Origin: Psammoneis japonica
Taxonomy: Eukaryota
DNA length: 64,000 bases
Assembly: GCA_008632985.1 (NCBI GenBank)
Contig: QPGO01000185.1
Span: 1-64,000 of the forward strand
Reading direction: 5' to 3'
Shown: in pieces, positions 35,907 to 49,100 of the stretch
How the letters are laid out: every line of letters begins with the position of its first letter
Numbering within the stretch: the first letter of the stretch is position 1
The notes under the pieces: model-generated
Told to the model about the DNA's origin: nothing
What the model saw: the letters and a program-made list of their open reading frames with translations, nothing else
Database searches by the model: none
Translations under genes and position numbers: made by a program

Positions 35907-38900
35907 ATGCGACGTGTATCTTTCTGTGTCAGCCTGGCTATTCTTTCATGTCTCCATCAGAATGTCGGGTCTCTTTCAGTTCATCGTTTCTCTGCCTCAT
36001 CCTCGTTTGCAAATATGGCTCGGACAATACCGACTAGAACCGGACCGACTAGACAGGGATGGCTCGCGACAGGAGATCGACCTTTTCTGGATCCACACAA
36101 ACAATCGCCTCGACGAACGCTGCAACAAAGATCGCTCGCGGGTAATCAGGACGACACAATACCAGAAAATTTAGAGAGTGACCCGTGGTTAATCAAAAAG
36201 GCTACCGAGTTGGAAGAACAGTACTCGTCTCTGATGGAGGAAGCAATCTCGCAACTTGATCAACAGCGAAAGCAGGATCCAGACAGTGTCCGGAGAGCTC
36301 CTATGACATGATGGCTTCCATGTTGAAGGAAGAATTTGAAGCAGAAAGGGACCAAATAATAGAAAAGAGAACAGCCGAGCTTTTGGAAGAGATGGAAAAT
36401 AAGAAAATGGAAGCGCTGGAAAACGCTGACCTTTCGACGCAGAAGACGACATTGTGCGGCAGATTATGGACGATGCTGACGCTGAGGCGGAACGGTTGGA
36501 TACAGTTCAGACAAAAATGGAAACCTTCACACAGTATGAAAGAGACGCATTACGACGAGCAGAGGAAAATCCGGTCGAACTGCCCGAAGACAACTCTAAC
36601 ATGGACGAATGGGCTCTTGGTCAGATGGAGGAAATGCTTTCCAAGACAAAGAGTGAAACTGCAGGTGCAGTAGCGGAGAATCTCGAGAAAAACATCGAAG
36701 AGCTACGAACGCGGCTAGAAAACAAAGGAGATCCCTCACAATCCAGCCAGAGACCATGAAAGACTGGCAAATGTATCGATCTATTGCTACGCGATTTGCG
36801 AAAGAGAATCCTGGCCGAGGGGACACAGACGCGGTTTCCGGCCCACGCCGAAACGCTACAGAGGACGAGGAGGCTATAGCATCCCAGCTAGAGTCATGGA
36901 AGGATTTCCAACGAAAGGAACAGGAGTATAGACAACGGGCCGGTCTTGCGAGCAGTGGCGTAAAAATGCCATTTGCGTGGCAAGAGCCCGGAAAAGATCC
37001 AATGGACGACCTTAAGCCACCAGAGCCAGTAGAAGAGGACAACCGGACGCCAACTGAAATCCGAAGAGACATAAATCAAAAAGCATTGGAATCTATGGAG
37101 CGGCTTCTCTTGCAAGGAAGTATTCGGAGCGAGAGACTGGAACGGAAAATTGAAGAGTTACGAAATGAAATGGCGTCGCCCGACTATTTGAAAGAAGATA
37201 TAAAGGAGCCTGAGGAAGAATTAGTTATCGAGCCAATAGACCTCAGCGATGTTTTCGGAGACAGAAAAACGTCCAAAAAACGAAGAACTCCGACGCCTCA
37301 ATTTGAAGTTAGGGACGACGCGGAAGAAGTGAGGGCGAGTTCTCCACCTCCCTCAAGGATTGACGCTGCCCCAACTCTCGAAAAAGAAAACGTGGACGAC
37401 GAACAGCTCATCCCTCCGAACACTCCGTTCTTCTCGGACGATGAAGACGAAAAGCCTATCCCTCCCGACACCCCTTTCTTCTCGGATGATGAAGATGATT
37501 CTGATACTCAAACTTTGATAAAAGGTAGCACTGATGATGTCGCCGCTGAGCCGAAAGCCCCGCCCCCTGATACCCCATTCTTCTCTGACGACGAGGAGGA
37601 CGACGATTACGATACATCAACGTCTTCTTCGCAGGATGGTGACTCGAAGCTTGGTTCGCTGGAGGAACAGAAACTGCGATCCATGTATCAACGCGCCGGT
37701 GCTCGGACAGAGTCGGAGCAAAGAGAGCTGCGCGAGCAATGGGAGCAGTTTCAGGAATATGAGAAGAAGTCGCGCGACATTTCGGGATTGAGCGATTCGA
37801 GTGATTCTTTGCAACAGACGTCCACCCTTTACGATATTTCAGACGTGACCAAAGAAGACGGTGATTTCGATGCTGCGAAAGTGCTTGCTTCGATCGGCCC
37901 TCGCCCCACTAGGAAGAATCGAACTGCCACCGCCTCAGACATTGAAAGACGAGGGTCTCCCGCAAAGGATTTTTTGGAATCCAATACTGCGCCTAGTGCA
38001 GTGGCGTCGATTTCAGAGCCCTCTTCTGACGCCATTCCCGACTTGGAAGTGAAGGAAGAAATAAGTATTGACGATTCGGCGTCAAAGGATGTTTCAGATC
38101 GCCAGGATATGTATAGCGGGCCAGAAGATGTCAATCAAGGATCTGAATCTGCTGATTTGTTGTCCGAAAGTGGAAGAAGAAGAAGAAGAGACTGACCAAT
38201 ACGGATCATCTTCGGCAGATGAACTAGTACCAGATTGGTTCCAAAACGACGAGACTTCAGCTCGATCTCGTTCAAGGTCGTACATGCAAACGGAATACGA
38301 TGACGAATTTTCAAGGGGGCAAATGGGTATTGACATTAGCGACGTCTTTCTTCGCGACAGCAACGACAGGTATGTTGAAGAGAGAATGCCCGTTCGGAGT
38401 AATTGGGCCAGACCATCTAGCTTTGCCTCGAGGAAAGCCCGCCTGTTGGAAAACACTGAACTCTCTATCAGTGAAGTGAATGCTTTGATGGATGTCAAGG
38501 ATTCTCCCTATACAACAGGGGTTTCCTCTTACATGAAAAAGATCAACAAGCCTTTTTGGGCGTTCGGTGTCATATTCCGGCTTGAAGGGGCGTTGATGGA
38601 GATCAACGGACTCGAATACAAAGCTTGGAAGCTGGTTTCCGAGAAGCATGGTTTCTCGCCACCTGAATTTGAGGATGTACGACGTGCCTCTGTGTCGAGG
38701 CCTGAAATCGCTGTGCGGAAAATATTCTTTTGGTCTGACGATCTGCTTGTTTGTCGCGAAGTTGCGGCTTCTCATCGGCAAGCGGTGGGAGAAGTGTTTG
38801 ACCAATGGATGAGCGACAACAATATCACAGAAGGCACGCAGTTGTTTGGTGAGGAGACACCACCGATCGCAGGTCAGGCGGAACAAGAGACAAGCGGCAA

Positions 38901-40681
38901 CAATGTGGATGACAGAACGACTGTTGTAAGTACTGTTTCGGTCGATTCCACTGTCCCTATGTCTACTAGTGACAAGAGCATGCTGGAAATCGAGTTCATG
39001 GCATGGAAGGCAACCGCGGAACAATGCGGATTCGAAGAGCCGTACCCAGAACAGGCCATGGCGCTATGGTTATCAACGACCCTTATATCCTTGTATCTGA
39101 AGGCTTCGCGTGGTCAAGTGAACCATCGGAGGTAAAGCGAATTGTGAAAATATTCGAAGAATCGAAGAGCGAAATACTTCGCGGCCGCTTCAACATCGAG
39201 AATATTCCGCAACCCAATGATATGCCGAAAGCTTCTGACCGTGAACGTGATGCCAGACCGTCGCCAAGCGAGAAGACCATGTTGGAAATCGAATTTTTGG
39301 CGTGGAAACAGACGGCAGAGGAGAGCGGGTTGGAGGCGCCATATCCCGAGGAAGCCATGGCAGCCATGGTAATCAATGATCCAAAGATCATTGTACGCGA
39401 TGGATTTGGGTGGGCTGATGATGAATCCGAAGTAGAGAGACTGGTCAACATGTTTGAGAAGTCCAAGAGCACGATATTGGAGGAGCGCTATGGTGCTGAA
39501 AGTATACCGCAACCAGATACTCCGATGCAAAAGAAAGAAGAGACAGAGTCGCCTGCTTCGAAAGATGGTCCGACCGAACAAGAAATTCTTGAAATGAACG
39601 TTTTTTCCTGGACAGTGGCAGCAGAGAAGCATGGATTTGATCCGCCACCGTTGGCAAAGATGCAGCTTGCAATGGATGTATCTTCAGAAGAAGCGATAAG
39701 GAAAATTTTCCTCTGGACAAATGATGCTGAGCTGATCAAGAAGGTATCCGCGACCCATCGTGAAGCGCGACAAAAGATCAGCTCGAAAATAATTGAAAAA
39801 TACAACCTTGACTTTGATGGTCTCGATCTCGCCTCTGAAATGTCCTCGGCGGGAGCAGGTCCCGACTTGGACGACAACATCGAAGTTCCTACCAACGACG
39901 AAATTTTTGATGTGACCTTTGATGCTTGGATCGAGGTTGCCGAACAAAACAGCTTCCCGTTGCCGATATACGAAGAAATTGTGTACGCAATGACGGTAGG
40001 CGCTGAAAACGCGATACAAGATGGGTTCAAGTGGTCGAGCGATCCAGTCAAGGTCAAGGAAGTTGCAGAGCAGTTCACCGCGGTTTTGGAAAAGACTTAC
40101 ACGAAACTCGCAAACAAGTACAACATCGACAAGATCCCGATGCCGCAACCAATCGAAGCGAAAGAAACAGAATACCCGTTCTTCAGTGTTACACCTGGTG
40201 CAGCGAAATGGGTTCAGTCTCTTCTTGACATTGAAATACCCTGTGCCGTCTATTCTTACCTAGAAGGCTACCAATTAGATGTGTTGTTGGGCAAGCTGGC
40301 TTAGCCAGCTTGCTCCCTCGTGGGAAACGTGTGAGTATGAGCACAGGATACTTGCTTGAAAGCCAACAATTGTTGGGGGCGGCTTTGCGATTGGAACGTC
40401 GACCGGACCACTGCGTTGTCTTTGACACAACGCCAGAATCCGCCGCGAGTGCTCACGACGCCGAAATGAAGTGCGTCGGAATGACTGGCATCTACCCGAG
40501 GTACAATCTACTGTCAGCTGATAGCACTGCCAGGTATTTCAGTGACTTTTCTCCGATGAACCTTCGCAGTCTCTTCGGTGAACGCGTCGATGATGAACCC
40601 TTGCTTGACATGAAGGACACGCAGCCCAAGAGTCCGCCACTGATGAAGACAAAGTTCTGGGATGAGGGGGACAGGCAGTAA
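35907..40681 (+). CDS. Large HAD-superfamily hydrolase-like protein (CbbY/PyrP-like) with signal peptide and repeated cap domains, split by frameshifts
   Basis: Consecutive overlapping ORFs. FGVIFRLEGALM..KAWKLVSEKHG and AALRLERRPDHCVVFDTTPESAASAHDAEMKCVG. Hydrophobic N-terminus MRRVSFCVSLAILSCL. Confidence 0.75.
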
Positions 40682-41781
40682 CCTAAAGTTTGTTAATAAT
40701 TAAGTTGGGAATTGAAATAGAAATAATATCTGCAGTGCTAATTCGAAGAAGATGGGCTACAAGATAAGTGTTCTCTACGACTGCTCCAGCGTTAGAGAAT
40801 AGTTGGGATTCACCGGTAAGCAAGGTTAGAGGTTGGCGGAGCACCAACTGTCGGAAGGTCGCGCAACACGGCCCTTTTTGAACCAAACAGTCACTCGTAC
40901 TTTTTGTCGGCGATGCCTCCTGTGATGCACGAAAGCCACTAGCAGGAGGGATCCCCAGCAGTCATCTCTTCTCGGCTCGGCTTCTTTGCAAACAAGATGA
41001 CCTTGAAACACTGGGGGTCACAGCCTTGCTGCGCTGAATGGCACAGCTCTGATGTGGTGGCGGGGCGAAGATGATGCAGAACTCAATTTCCTCACCATTC
41101 AATTGACAGAACCATGCTGAGTTGATGCATGAAGACATGTGTTGTCCATTTCATATTTCATCAAAGCTTTCTCTGCTTGCAGCATGTGAGAGTCATGTGA
41201 TTTTTGATGCTCTCACTGTTTCTTGTGTGTGAAGAGAGAAGTTTTGCAATCAAACACAGGACAAAAGATCTGCGCCAAAAATCTTCCACAAGCAATGCTT
41301 GCATTGACCAAGCCATGACACAAGGTCCACAATGTTCATCAGGTTCTTTGTGAGCACTGCAAGGGCTGCTCTTTTTGTCAAAATGAAGCTGTTGCATGAT
41401 CACAAAGACACTGTGCAGGTCATTGAATGAACACACAATGTGAAGCATTGCCCAGGCGAGTTGGACAGCAAGAATGGCTGCCTTTTGTTTTGTCTGCAAC
41501 AACCAAAGCTGTTCATGTTTGTTTGCAGTCTTTTTGCTGGTGCATCCTTTGTTGGTGCATCTTGCATCTTGTTGCTTCATCTCCTTGTTCCTTTGCTTGC
41601 AGGAAATGGTGGAGATCAGTCAGAGTTGTTTCAGTCCATTTGTGTGCACCCAGGCCTGTCAAATCAAATTGCAGCACAAGGTGCACCACACAGCACAATC
41701 TTTTGAACCAAAGGGCTGCTCCATGCCACTGGCACACACTGCAGACATGCATCTTGCAACAAACACAAGTTTCTCCATCAT

Positions 41782-42826
41782 GGCCACCCCTGAATGACCA
41801 GAGCACACAAGTGCCACAGCAAACAATCATCACCAGACTCAACTGTGCTGGATTCTTGGCATCATGCAAGCTGGCACAAACAACAAGTGAGTGCAGCAAG
41901 TCCTGTGCCCATTGCTCATTTGTGCTGTTCTCTGTCTCTCAGGATCTCAGGATTCTTCTTTTGCTCAAATGTGGTCACGCTGATGATCTCATGGAGCCTG
42001 TGTTGTTGGGCAAGCCTGATTAGATGGCCTTGTCAAAGGAAGTGTGTCTCTCCCCACCAGTGCAGCACCCTCTCCATTTTGGCAGACAAAACAAAGGACC
42101 TTTGTCTTCATGAGTCACTGCCATTGGCTGGATGTCTTTTGCCCACTGGCATCTCACTCTCAGTGCTTGTGCTGGATGTGGGCTCTGCCAGCCAAGAGAG
42201 CAAGTTTGGCTCACCCACCACAGGAGAAGTTTTTTTTGCAATGACTTGCTTTTTTTCTTGTTTGCACTGAACAGATGGATGCATGTTGTTCTTGCCACCA
42301 TCGGCCACCCCTGAATGACCAGAGCACACAAGTGCCACAGCAAACAATCATCACCAGACTCAACTGTGCTGGATTCTTGGCATCATGCAAGCTGGCACAA
42401 ACAACAAGTGAGTGCAGCAAGTCCTGTGCCCATTGCTCATTTGTGCTGTTCTCTGTCTCTCAGGATCTCAGGATTCTTCTTTTGCTCAAATGTGGTCACG
42501 CTGATGATCTCATGGAGCCTGTGTTGTTGGGCAAGCCTGATTAGATGGCCTTGTCAAAGGAAGTGTGTCTCTCCCCACCAGTGCAGCACCCTCTCCATTT
42601 TGGCAGACAAAACAAAGGACCTTTGTCTTCATGAGTCACTGCCATCAGCTGGATGTCTTTTGCCCACTGGCATCTCACTCTCAGTGCTTGTGCTGGATGT
42701 GGGCTCTGCCAGCCAAGAGAGCAAGTTTGTGGCTCACCCACCACAGGGAGAAGTTTTTTTTGCAATGACTTGCTTTTTTTCTTGTTTGCACTGAACAGAT
42801 GGATGCATGTTGTTCTTGCCACCATC
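41782..42826. repeat. Near-perfect tandem duplication, 521-bp period
   Basis: 41782-42302 matches 42303-42826 except for a TG/CA dinucleotide and two small indels. Confidence 0.95.
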
Positions 42827-42989
42827 AACCTTGGTCCTTTGGAGTTTTCAAATGGCTTTCTTTGACCCCAGCCACAAAGCAGTCTTTGCAGGCCTTGACA
42901 AATGCATGCTCTTGACAGATGTTGGGCACTTGCCACATGAAACAATGACAATCTGCAACTCCCATTTTTTTTATGAATCAATTGCAGGC

Positions 42990-43430
42990 AGTCTGGCCCA
43001 TCAACACAAAGTCACACTGTTTGAAGCACCAAGAAAAAAAAACAATGCAACGTCCATTTGGGCTCAGCAAAGGGCAACCAATGGTGCCACTGCTGGGCCC
43101 AAGCTCAGGGTGCTGTTGCAGCCACCAAGCTGCAATGGACAAGCAAACCTTTGTGATGCTGTGTGGGAAGCCACCCCAGATCATGCACTTGTGCCACACA
43201 GCAGTCTGGGCAGTCATTGTGATGGCAACAATGATGAGTCCCTTGACACTCAGCTTGGCAATCATGTTCTCATCAATGAGATGAAGAGCAGCTTTGGTGG
43301 GAAGGTCCAGCACAAGTCCTTGCATCTGGTGTGCCTTGAGAGCACAAGGATGCTCCTTGCAAATTGCCTGGCTGAGGTTGTCAATCTTGACAGAGACATC
43401 AATGAGCCAGTCAAAAGCATTTGTCATTGC
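42990..43430 (-). pseudogene. Decayed copy 1 of unknown repeat-borne ORF family A
   Basis: AFDWLIDVSVKIDNLSQAICKEHP..LPTKAALHLIDE..QTAVWHKCMIWG..TKVCLSIAAWWL, homologous to copies at 48.8 and 52.3 kb. Confidence 0.7.
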
Positions 43431-46400
43431 ACACAGTGCAGGTGCTGTGGTCAGACTGTTTGTGGATGATGGGTCAGACCCACTTTCATTGGACAACCAA
43501 ACAGATCTCTTCTCTGAGATCTGCTTCTCACTCTTTCTTGCTGGTGCACACATGTCATCACTGTTGCCAGTTTGTGGAGAGCTCTGCATCATTGTTTGTT
43601 GACTTGGCTGTCTCTGCTCTGACATGTCACAGCCTTGCATTGTGCCACATTCTTCTGTGTTGTGATCTCCACTTTGTTTCTTTGTTTGGTCTGTGGTCTG
43701 ATCAAACCCACTCCAAGTTTTTGTTCCTGCAACTGTTTTTTTTCTCTCCAAACTGCAACAGTTTTTGGGTCACAGGACAATGCTGGCCCTTTGCATGTTG
43801 CAGGAACATCTTTTTTGCACACCTCCACCATGGCACCTTGTCAAGGAGAAAAGAGTCCCATTGACACCCTTGTTAAGATGAAAGTCACTTTTCAGGCACA
43901 CCCCCATCTGCAGATGGAAGCCACCAAGCACCAAACAGAAGAACTTGCAGCAAAATGGTCATTGAGATGGATCAGTTTGTTTGATGACAAGAAACACACC
44001 CAAGCCAAGGATCACATTTGTGAGCCACTGCAGGGCTGTGTTCTAAAGCTCATTGCCCCACATTGGAGACCCCTCTGATGTCTCATCTGTTGCATTGCTT
44101 TGCAGCCCCCCCCCCCCCCTTGAAGAAGGTGAAAGCTCCAGCAGGCAACAAATCTCCATCTTGTCCATGTCACATGGCAAGATCCACCTTGCTCTCAAGA
44201 TGCATCAGCTGCAATCATTGTGGGGGTCAGTGTGGTGCATGTTCGCTGTGAACCTGATGTGAAACACAACCAGAGGAGGGGTTAGAGAGAGTTTTCTGAT
44301 CAATGTTTTCCACTGAAATGCTCTGCATCTGCACCCACAGTGGTGCCTTCCCCACCAAATTGAGCTCTGTTGATGTTGATGCATTGTGAGCTGCAACTGG
44401 CAGCATCCAAAACACCTTCAGTGGGTGGCTCTTTGACTGCCAAGAAACAGGCAACATTCACATCTTTGAGCTGCATCTGTTCAATCCAGATGCATGGCCT
44501 TTTCTAAATGTTCCACAAATGATTTGATCAGAAGGATGTCACAAACAACTTCAGAACTCATTTGCCCCATTCAATGGTGGCAACCCCTCCCCCAACAAGT
44601 CCTTTGGATGGAACAGACCACCTCATGCTGGCTGATGGCTCTCTTTTTGTGATCAATCTGATGCCCAACCACAAAGCTTTGCTTTGTGAATCAAGTTTGT
44701 GCAATGATGATTTGCCACATGGCACTCTTGCCAGTGGCATCTTGAGACTTCCAGTGGTGTGCTGCAAGGCTGACCATGGCTGCTGTTGTGGCATTCACCC
44801 ACTTTGGTGTTTCCTTCACAGCCATGGTGGTGGTTCTTGGGGTTTTGCCACTGGCAACAACAAGCTGAACAACCCACCACAACAAATGCATTTCCATTGC
44901 CTTTGGCCACCACACACAATTCACAAGCACCGGCTGCACTCCAACATGCTGTTTCCCAAGAATGGCACAGGCGGCATTGCACTGATGTTGCTTTTTGTCA
45001 TGGCAGCTGCTACAATGCACCAAAGTCCAAGCAGACCTTGTTTCAAGTTCATCTGGCCTCTGTGATGAAGCACCTGGTCCAATGGACAGTCATCCAAAAC
45101 AAGGGAATGAAGCTGTTGATTGCCAACTGCTTTGTTGTGTTCAAAGATTTTTTGCAACTTGGTGCACCCACACTTGACATTGACTCCTTCTCTTGGATGA
45201 CAAGAGGGAGATGGCCATTTGCATCAAGAACATGAAGCAGTGCAATGTTCTCAACATGAGTGGTGACATGTGACAAATGCCTCAAACACAAGCACACTGA
45301 GAAGCAGATTGCAGAGACACTTTCCCTCATGTGTTGAGAGCAACACTTTTTGTTTTTCTCAGTCAACCAGACAGCCCTTTGTCTGTTGATTGCAATGGTG
45401 CTCATGCCCCGTGTCTGAGATGTGTGATTTTCCACAGGCAATGGATGGCAAGCTCATGACAAATGCCTCACAACAAAGTGGCAAGAATGCTGCAGGACAG
45501 ACAAAAGTGCCAGTCGCTCTTTCAGTCATCTGGGAGCTGGAAGGGCTCTTGTTGCCAAAATTGTTGAACTTGGAAATCAGGCCAACTTGCTTTTTGGTGC
45601 AAATGTGGTCTTCTTGTTTGCAGCCTGAGCACTGTCAGGGGGGAGGGGCATGTTTTGTACAGCACTTCACTTCTTTTCTCAGTGCATCCAAAAAGTGTCC
45701 TTCAGGCAAATGTTTCTTTGGAGTTCAAGCCATTCTTGTTTGAGCTGCTGCAGCTGTGATTGCTGGTGTCACATTTTGTTGGGTTCTTGTTGCAGACTCT
45801 GTGTCAGTCTTGCATGTGGATGGCTTGGAAGAAGCAGATGAGGAGATGCAGCTTCAAAGCTTGGGGCATGTGCCCAAAACCAAAGTGGCAGATGCTGCCT
45901 CACTAGAAAATCAGGTGGTGTTGGTTTCTCTGCACTGGCTGCTGCATCTGCAACATTTGTTGGCCTTGCAGTGTTGCGGCCACTGGTCAGCTGAGCACAG
46001 AGCAGATGCAAGCAAGAATGATGAAGGGTGTTCATTTTGCTTCCACTGGTCACCTGGGCAATGCAGTCAACAAGAATTTGCACCAGGAACTGAGTGAGAC
46101 ATCATGCCCTTCTGCTCAGGACCATGCCAATTTCCCCATTCCTCAAGCTTCCCCAGCTTCAACAAAGCATTGCATTTAAACAGAAAATGTGCCACTTCTT
46201 GTCAAACTTGCTGTGCCAGCAATCTTGTGGCCAGCATTTTTTGCTTGTCAAGCTTCAGTTGATCCTTTTCCAGTGGGTCCCATGAAGGCAGTGCTGCTCC
46301 ACATTTCCTGACAGATGGCCACAGGCCCTGCAATCATTGGACAACACCAACTGGCTGCATCTTGTGTGGGATGCCATGGCAAAAGAAGATCTGGCGCAGA

Positions 46401-47053
46401 TTTTGTGTCAGAGAGTTGTGCCACCATGGCTGCAATCTTGGCATGGCAGGCTTGAAAGATGCCATTGGGAGCACATTGTTGTGGAATGCCTGCTTGAGAC
46501 AAGGCCACTGTGCTCTGACCATGAAGCCATGTTACGTTTGAGCAATCAAAATTGTGGGGGGGTTCTGCAAAGTGTGTGGGGCACATTCTCAGATCCCCTG
46601 ATGTCACCAGTGCTGCCTCCATGTTTTGCCAATGCCCCCCACTTCTTGCTCTCTCAGTGCCAACACATCTGTCACTTGTCTCAGCTGCAAAGATGCACGC
46701 ACCACTTGGGCCTCCACAGTTGCTTGTGGTCAACCTTGTTGTCCACTTCATCAACACAATCATCAACCACATGTCAGACTTTTGGTGTCCACAGCTGTTC
46801 ATTGCATCCCATCTCAGGGCAGTGACCACCGTTCACAAATGCCATTTGAAAACATCTTGAATGGAGGAGGTGACTCTTGAGATGTGTTGCACACTTGCAA
46901 TGCATTTTTGGCTCCTCTTGGGATGGCACAGAGGACTCCCACTCCTCTTGTGTGTGCACAACATTCCTGTCAAGATGGAGCACAAAACTCACAAGACCAT
47001 GTTCCTCACAGTGTCATCTTCTGAGTGAGCTCCATTGTCCAGCTCAGACAACC

Positions 47054-47107
47054 TTCAGGTCCACACCAAACAGAAAATGATTCAGGTCCACACCAAACAG
47101 AAAATGA
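47054..47107. repeat. 27-bp tandem repeat, 2 copies
   Basis: (ttcaggtccacaccaaacagaaaatga)x2. Confidence 0.9.
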
Positions 47108-48537
47108 ATTGCCAAATTTTTTCTTGTCCACAGTGAGAGCTCATGCAATGGAAGAAAAGGAGCAAAGAACACAACTGTCAGCATCAACAGACTCCACAGC
47201 CATGCACTCCAGTGCAGTGGCAACCAAGGTGCAGTCTCTGACAACTGCTGCTCAAGACTTCAATGCACTCCTCTTCTTGTGGCTCTCTGGCTCCTCACCA
47301 CAATCAAAACAGCAGAGTGATTCATTGATCCTGGCAATGATTGATGGCAAGGCACTGTCCCACAGACACACAAACATGCACACATGGCCAACCCTCAATC
47401 AGTGCAGTCTTCAAAAAAGAAAGGTCATGAAAGCCATCTTTTCCTGCTTGACAATGGCAGCACTGTCCCTCTTGATGACCACATGCTGGTCAGAGCAGCC
47501 TTTGAGAATCATCCCCTCCTCACTGTCATGGCCATCTTTTTTCCATGCTGTCTTTTCTCCCAATCCCTGTCACTGCAGACACATGCTTTGACCAAAGCAT
47601 TTGGTGTTGTGGGGCCCATTGAAACATCATTTCTGCACAACTCTTTGTCTTTTTGAACCCCCTGGCAACTTGGATCTAAAGCAAACCAATCTCAGCATTC
47701 AAAATCTCATGACAACTCTAAAATTGAGAGAGCAGTTTAAGAGCACACACTGTTTTGGGAACACAAAGCATCAAGGAGCACAAAAGAGGAACCTTTCCAA
47801 AATGCTTGATGTGCAAAGACTCACTTCTCTTGATGCATCTTCACATTTGGCAGCTTCAACAACCTGATCTGCATTTTCATGGCATGTGCCACAAACTGTG
47901 ACACCCAAGCAACCAGCAAGTTGACAAATGCATTGTCAGAGCTGTTGCCAAACTCTCTCAGACATTGAACAAGATTGGAAAAGATTTTGCAGCATTGGCC
48001 TGATCAAGTTGCTTCTTGACACTTTCACAAGCTGCTTGAGCAGCAACAAGCTCTGCATGCAAGCATGGCATGTGTTGGCCAGTGCTTTGTGCAGAACAAA
48101 CTGGGCCATCTAAGTCATTGCTGTTCACAATGCTGTTCTTGGAAGGGGATCAAGCATGAGACAACAGCGAAAGATCAGAGCTCCATTGATTTGGTTGACA
48201 GAATGTGCGCATTGGCATCTCACGGCATCTGGCACATGAGCTGCAACTCACACACACCCCAAAGCCAGTCTGTTCTGATGGACCTGCCATGTCACACCCA
48301 TCACAAGCAAGGTTGTTCTCCCTGGGAAGAACATGATGCAATTGTCCATCCCTTCTGTTGGGGAGTGCCTTGTGCCTTTAAACAAGCTGCAATTGTTTTT
48401 CCATGCACATCAGAAAAACACCCCTGACAGTCTGACATTTTTCCTGTCACAGATGAAGTCAAAAATGGGAGCCCACGAAACACATGCCACTGCATCAGTT
48501 CTGCATCCTGGCATTGTGAACAAACAATTTTGCACAG

Positions 48538-48568
48538 TCAGGGTTGGGGTTTAGGGTTTGGGTCAGGG
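48538..48568 (+). repeat. Degenerate interstitial telomere-like (TTAGGG)5 array
   Basis: TCAGGG TTGGGG T TTAGGG TTTGGG TCAGGG. Confidence 0.7.
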
Positions 48569-48829
48569 AGCGGAGCTTTTAGCAAAGCGCCAGTTTGGGA
48601 TGACATTGAAAGAAGGGGCGACTGAGCAAGCAAGCTTCCATCCAAAAAGTCAACCGCACAGTGGGACCAAGTTAATCTGTGACAAGTTCGCACCCCACAT
48701 GTGTGGTGCCATGCTTGATGCAGCCCTCACAGAGCCGGCAAGCTTTGCACTGTCAGTTTCCAGCATGAAGACTTGGGAAGGGCTTGCCCTCTGCAAAGCA
48801 TCTCTTTGCATGTCTTGGCCAAACACAGC

Positions 48830-49100
48830 AAGGCTGGCAAACAAGCTTCCCACTTTCTCCCATTCCATTCATTTTGGCACATGTGAATGTGCTGCAGACT
48901 TGTGCAAAGACCAATGTGATGATGATGAAGAGAACAGCTCCCTCCAAGAAAAAGTCAAACCTCGCGGGAGGGGCTTTCATGTTGATGATTCTGATGCTTT
49001 CGACTGGGTGATTGACATCTCAATTGAAATTGACAACCTCTGCCAGGTGATGCAAAAGGAGCAACCTGGCACTCTGGGGGAGCTCCACAAACAAGGCTTG
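48830..49100 (+). pseudogene. Decayed copy 2 of ORF family A
   Basis: KLPTFSHSIHFGTCECAADLCKDQCDDDEE..DAFDWVIDISIEIDNLCQVMQKEQPG. Confidence 0.7.

Noticed and set aside
38311..40148. Long antisense ORFs over the HAD-like gene, and similar ones over other genes
   Set aside because: Shadow frames of the sense-strand coding sequence, with no recognisable motifs.
35907..40681. Programmed frameshifting or a cluster of separate small genes
   Set aside because: Similar single-base slips occur in many unrelated conserved genes in the window, which fits sequencing error better.
46248..46829. Second tyrosine recombinase suggested by SGA..ARSGGHWQNMEAA
   Set aside because: No HxxR or box I found. Another frame with TGA-for-CGA stops looks more like the original coding frame.
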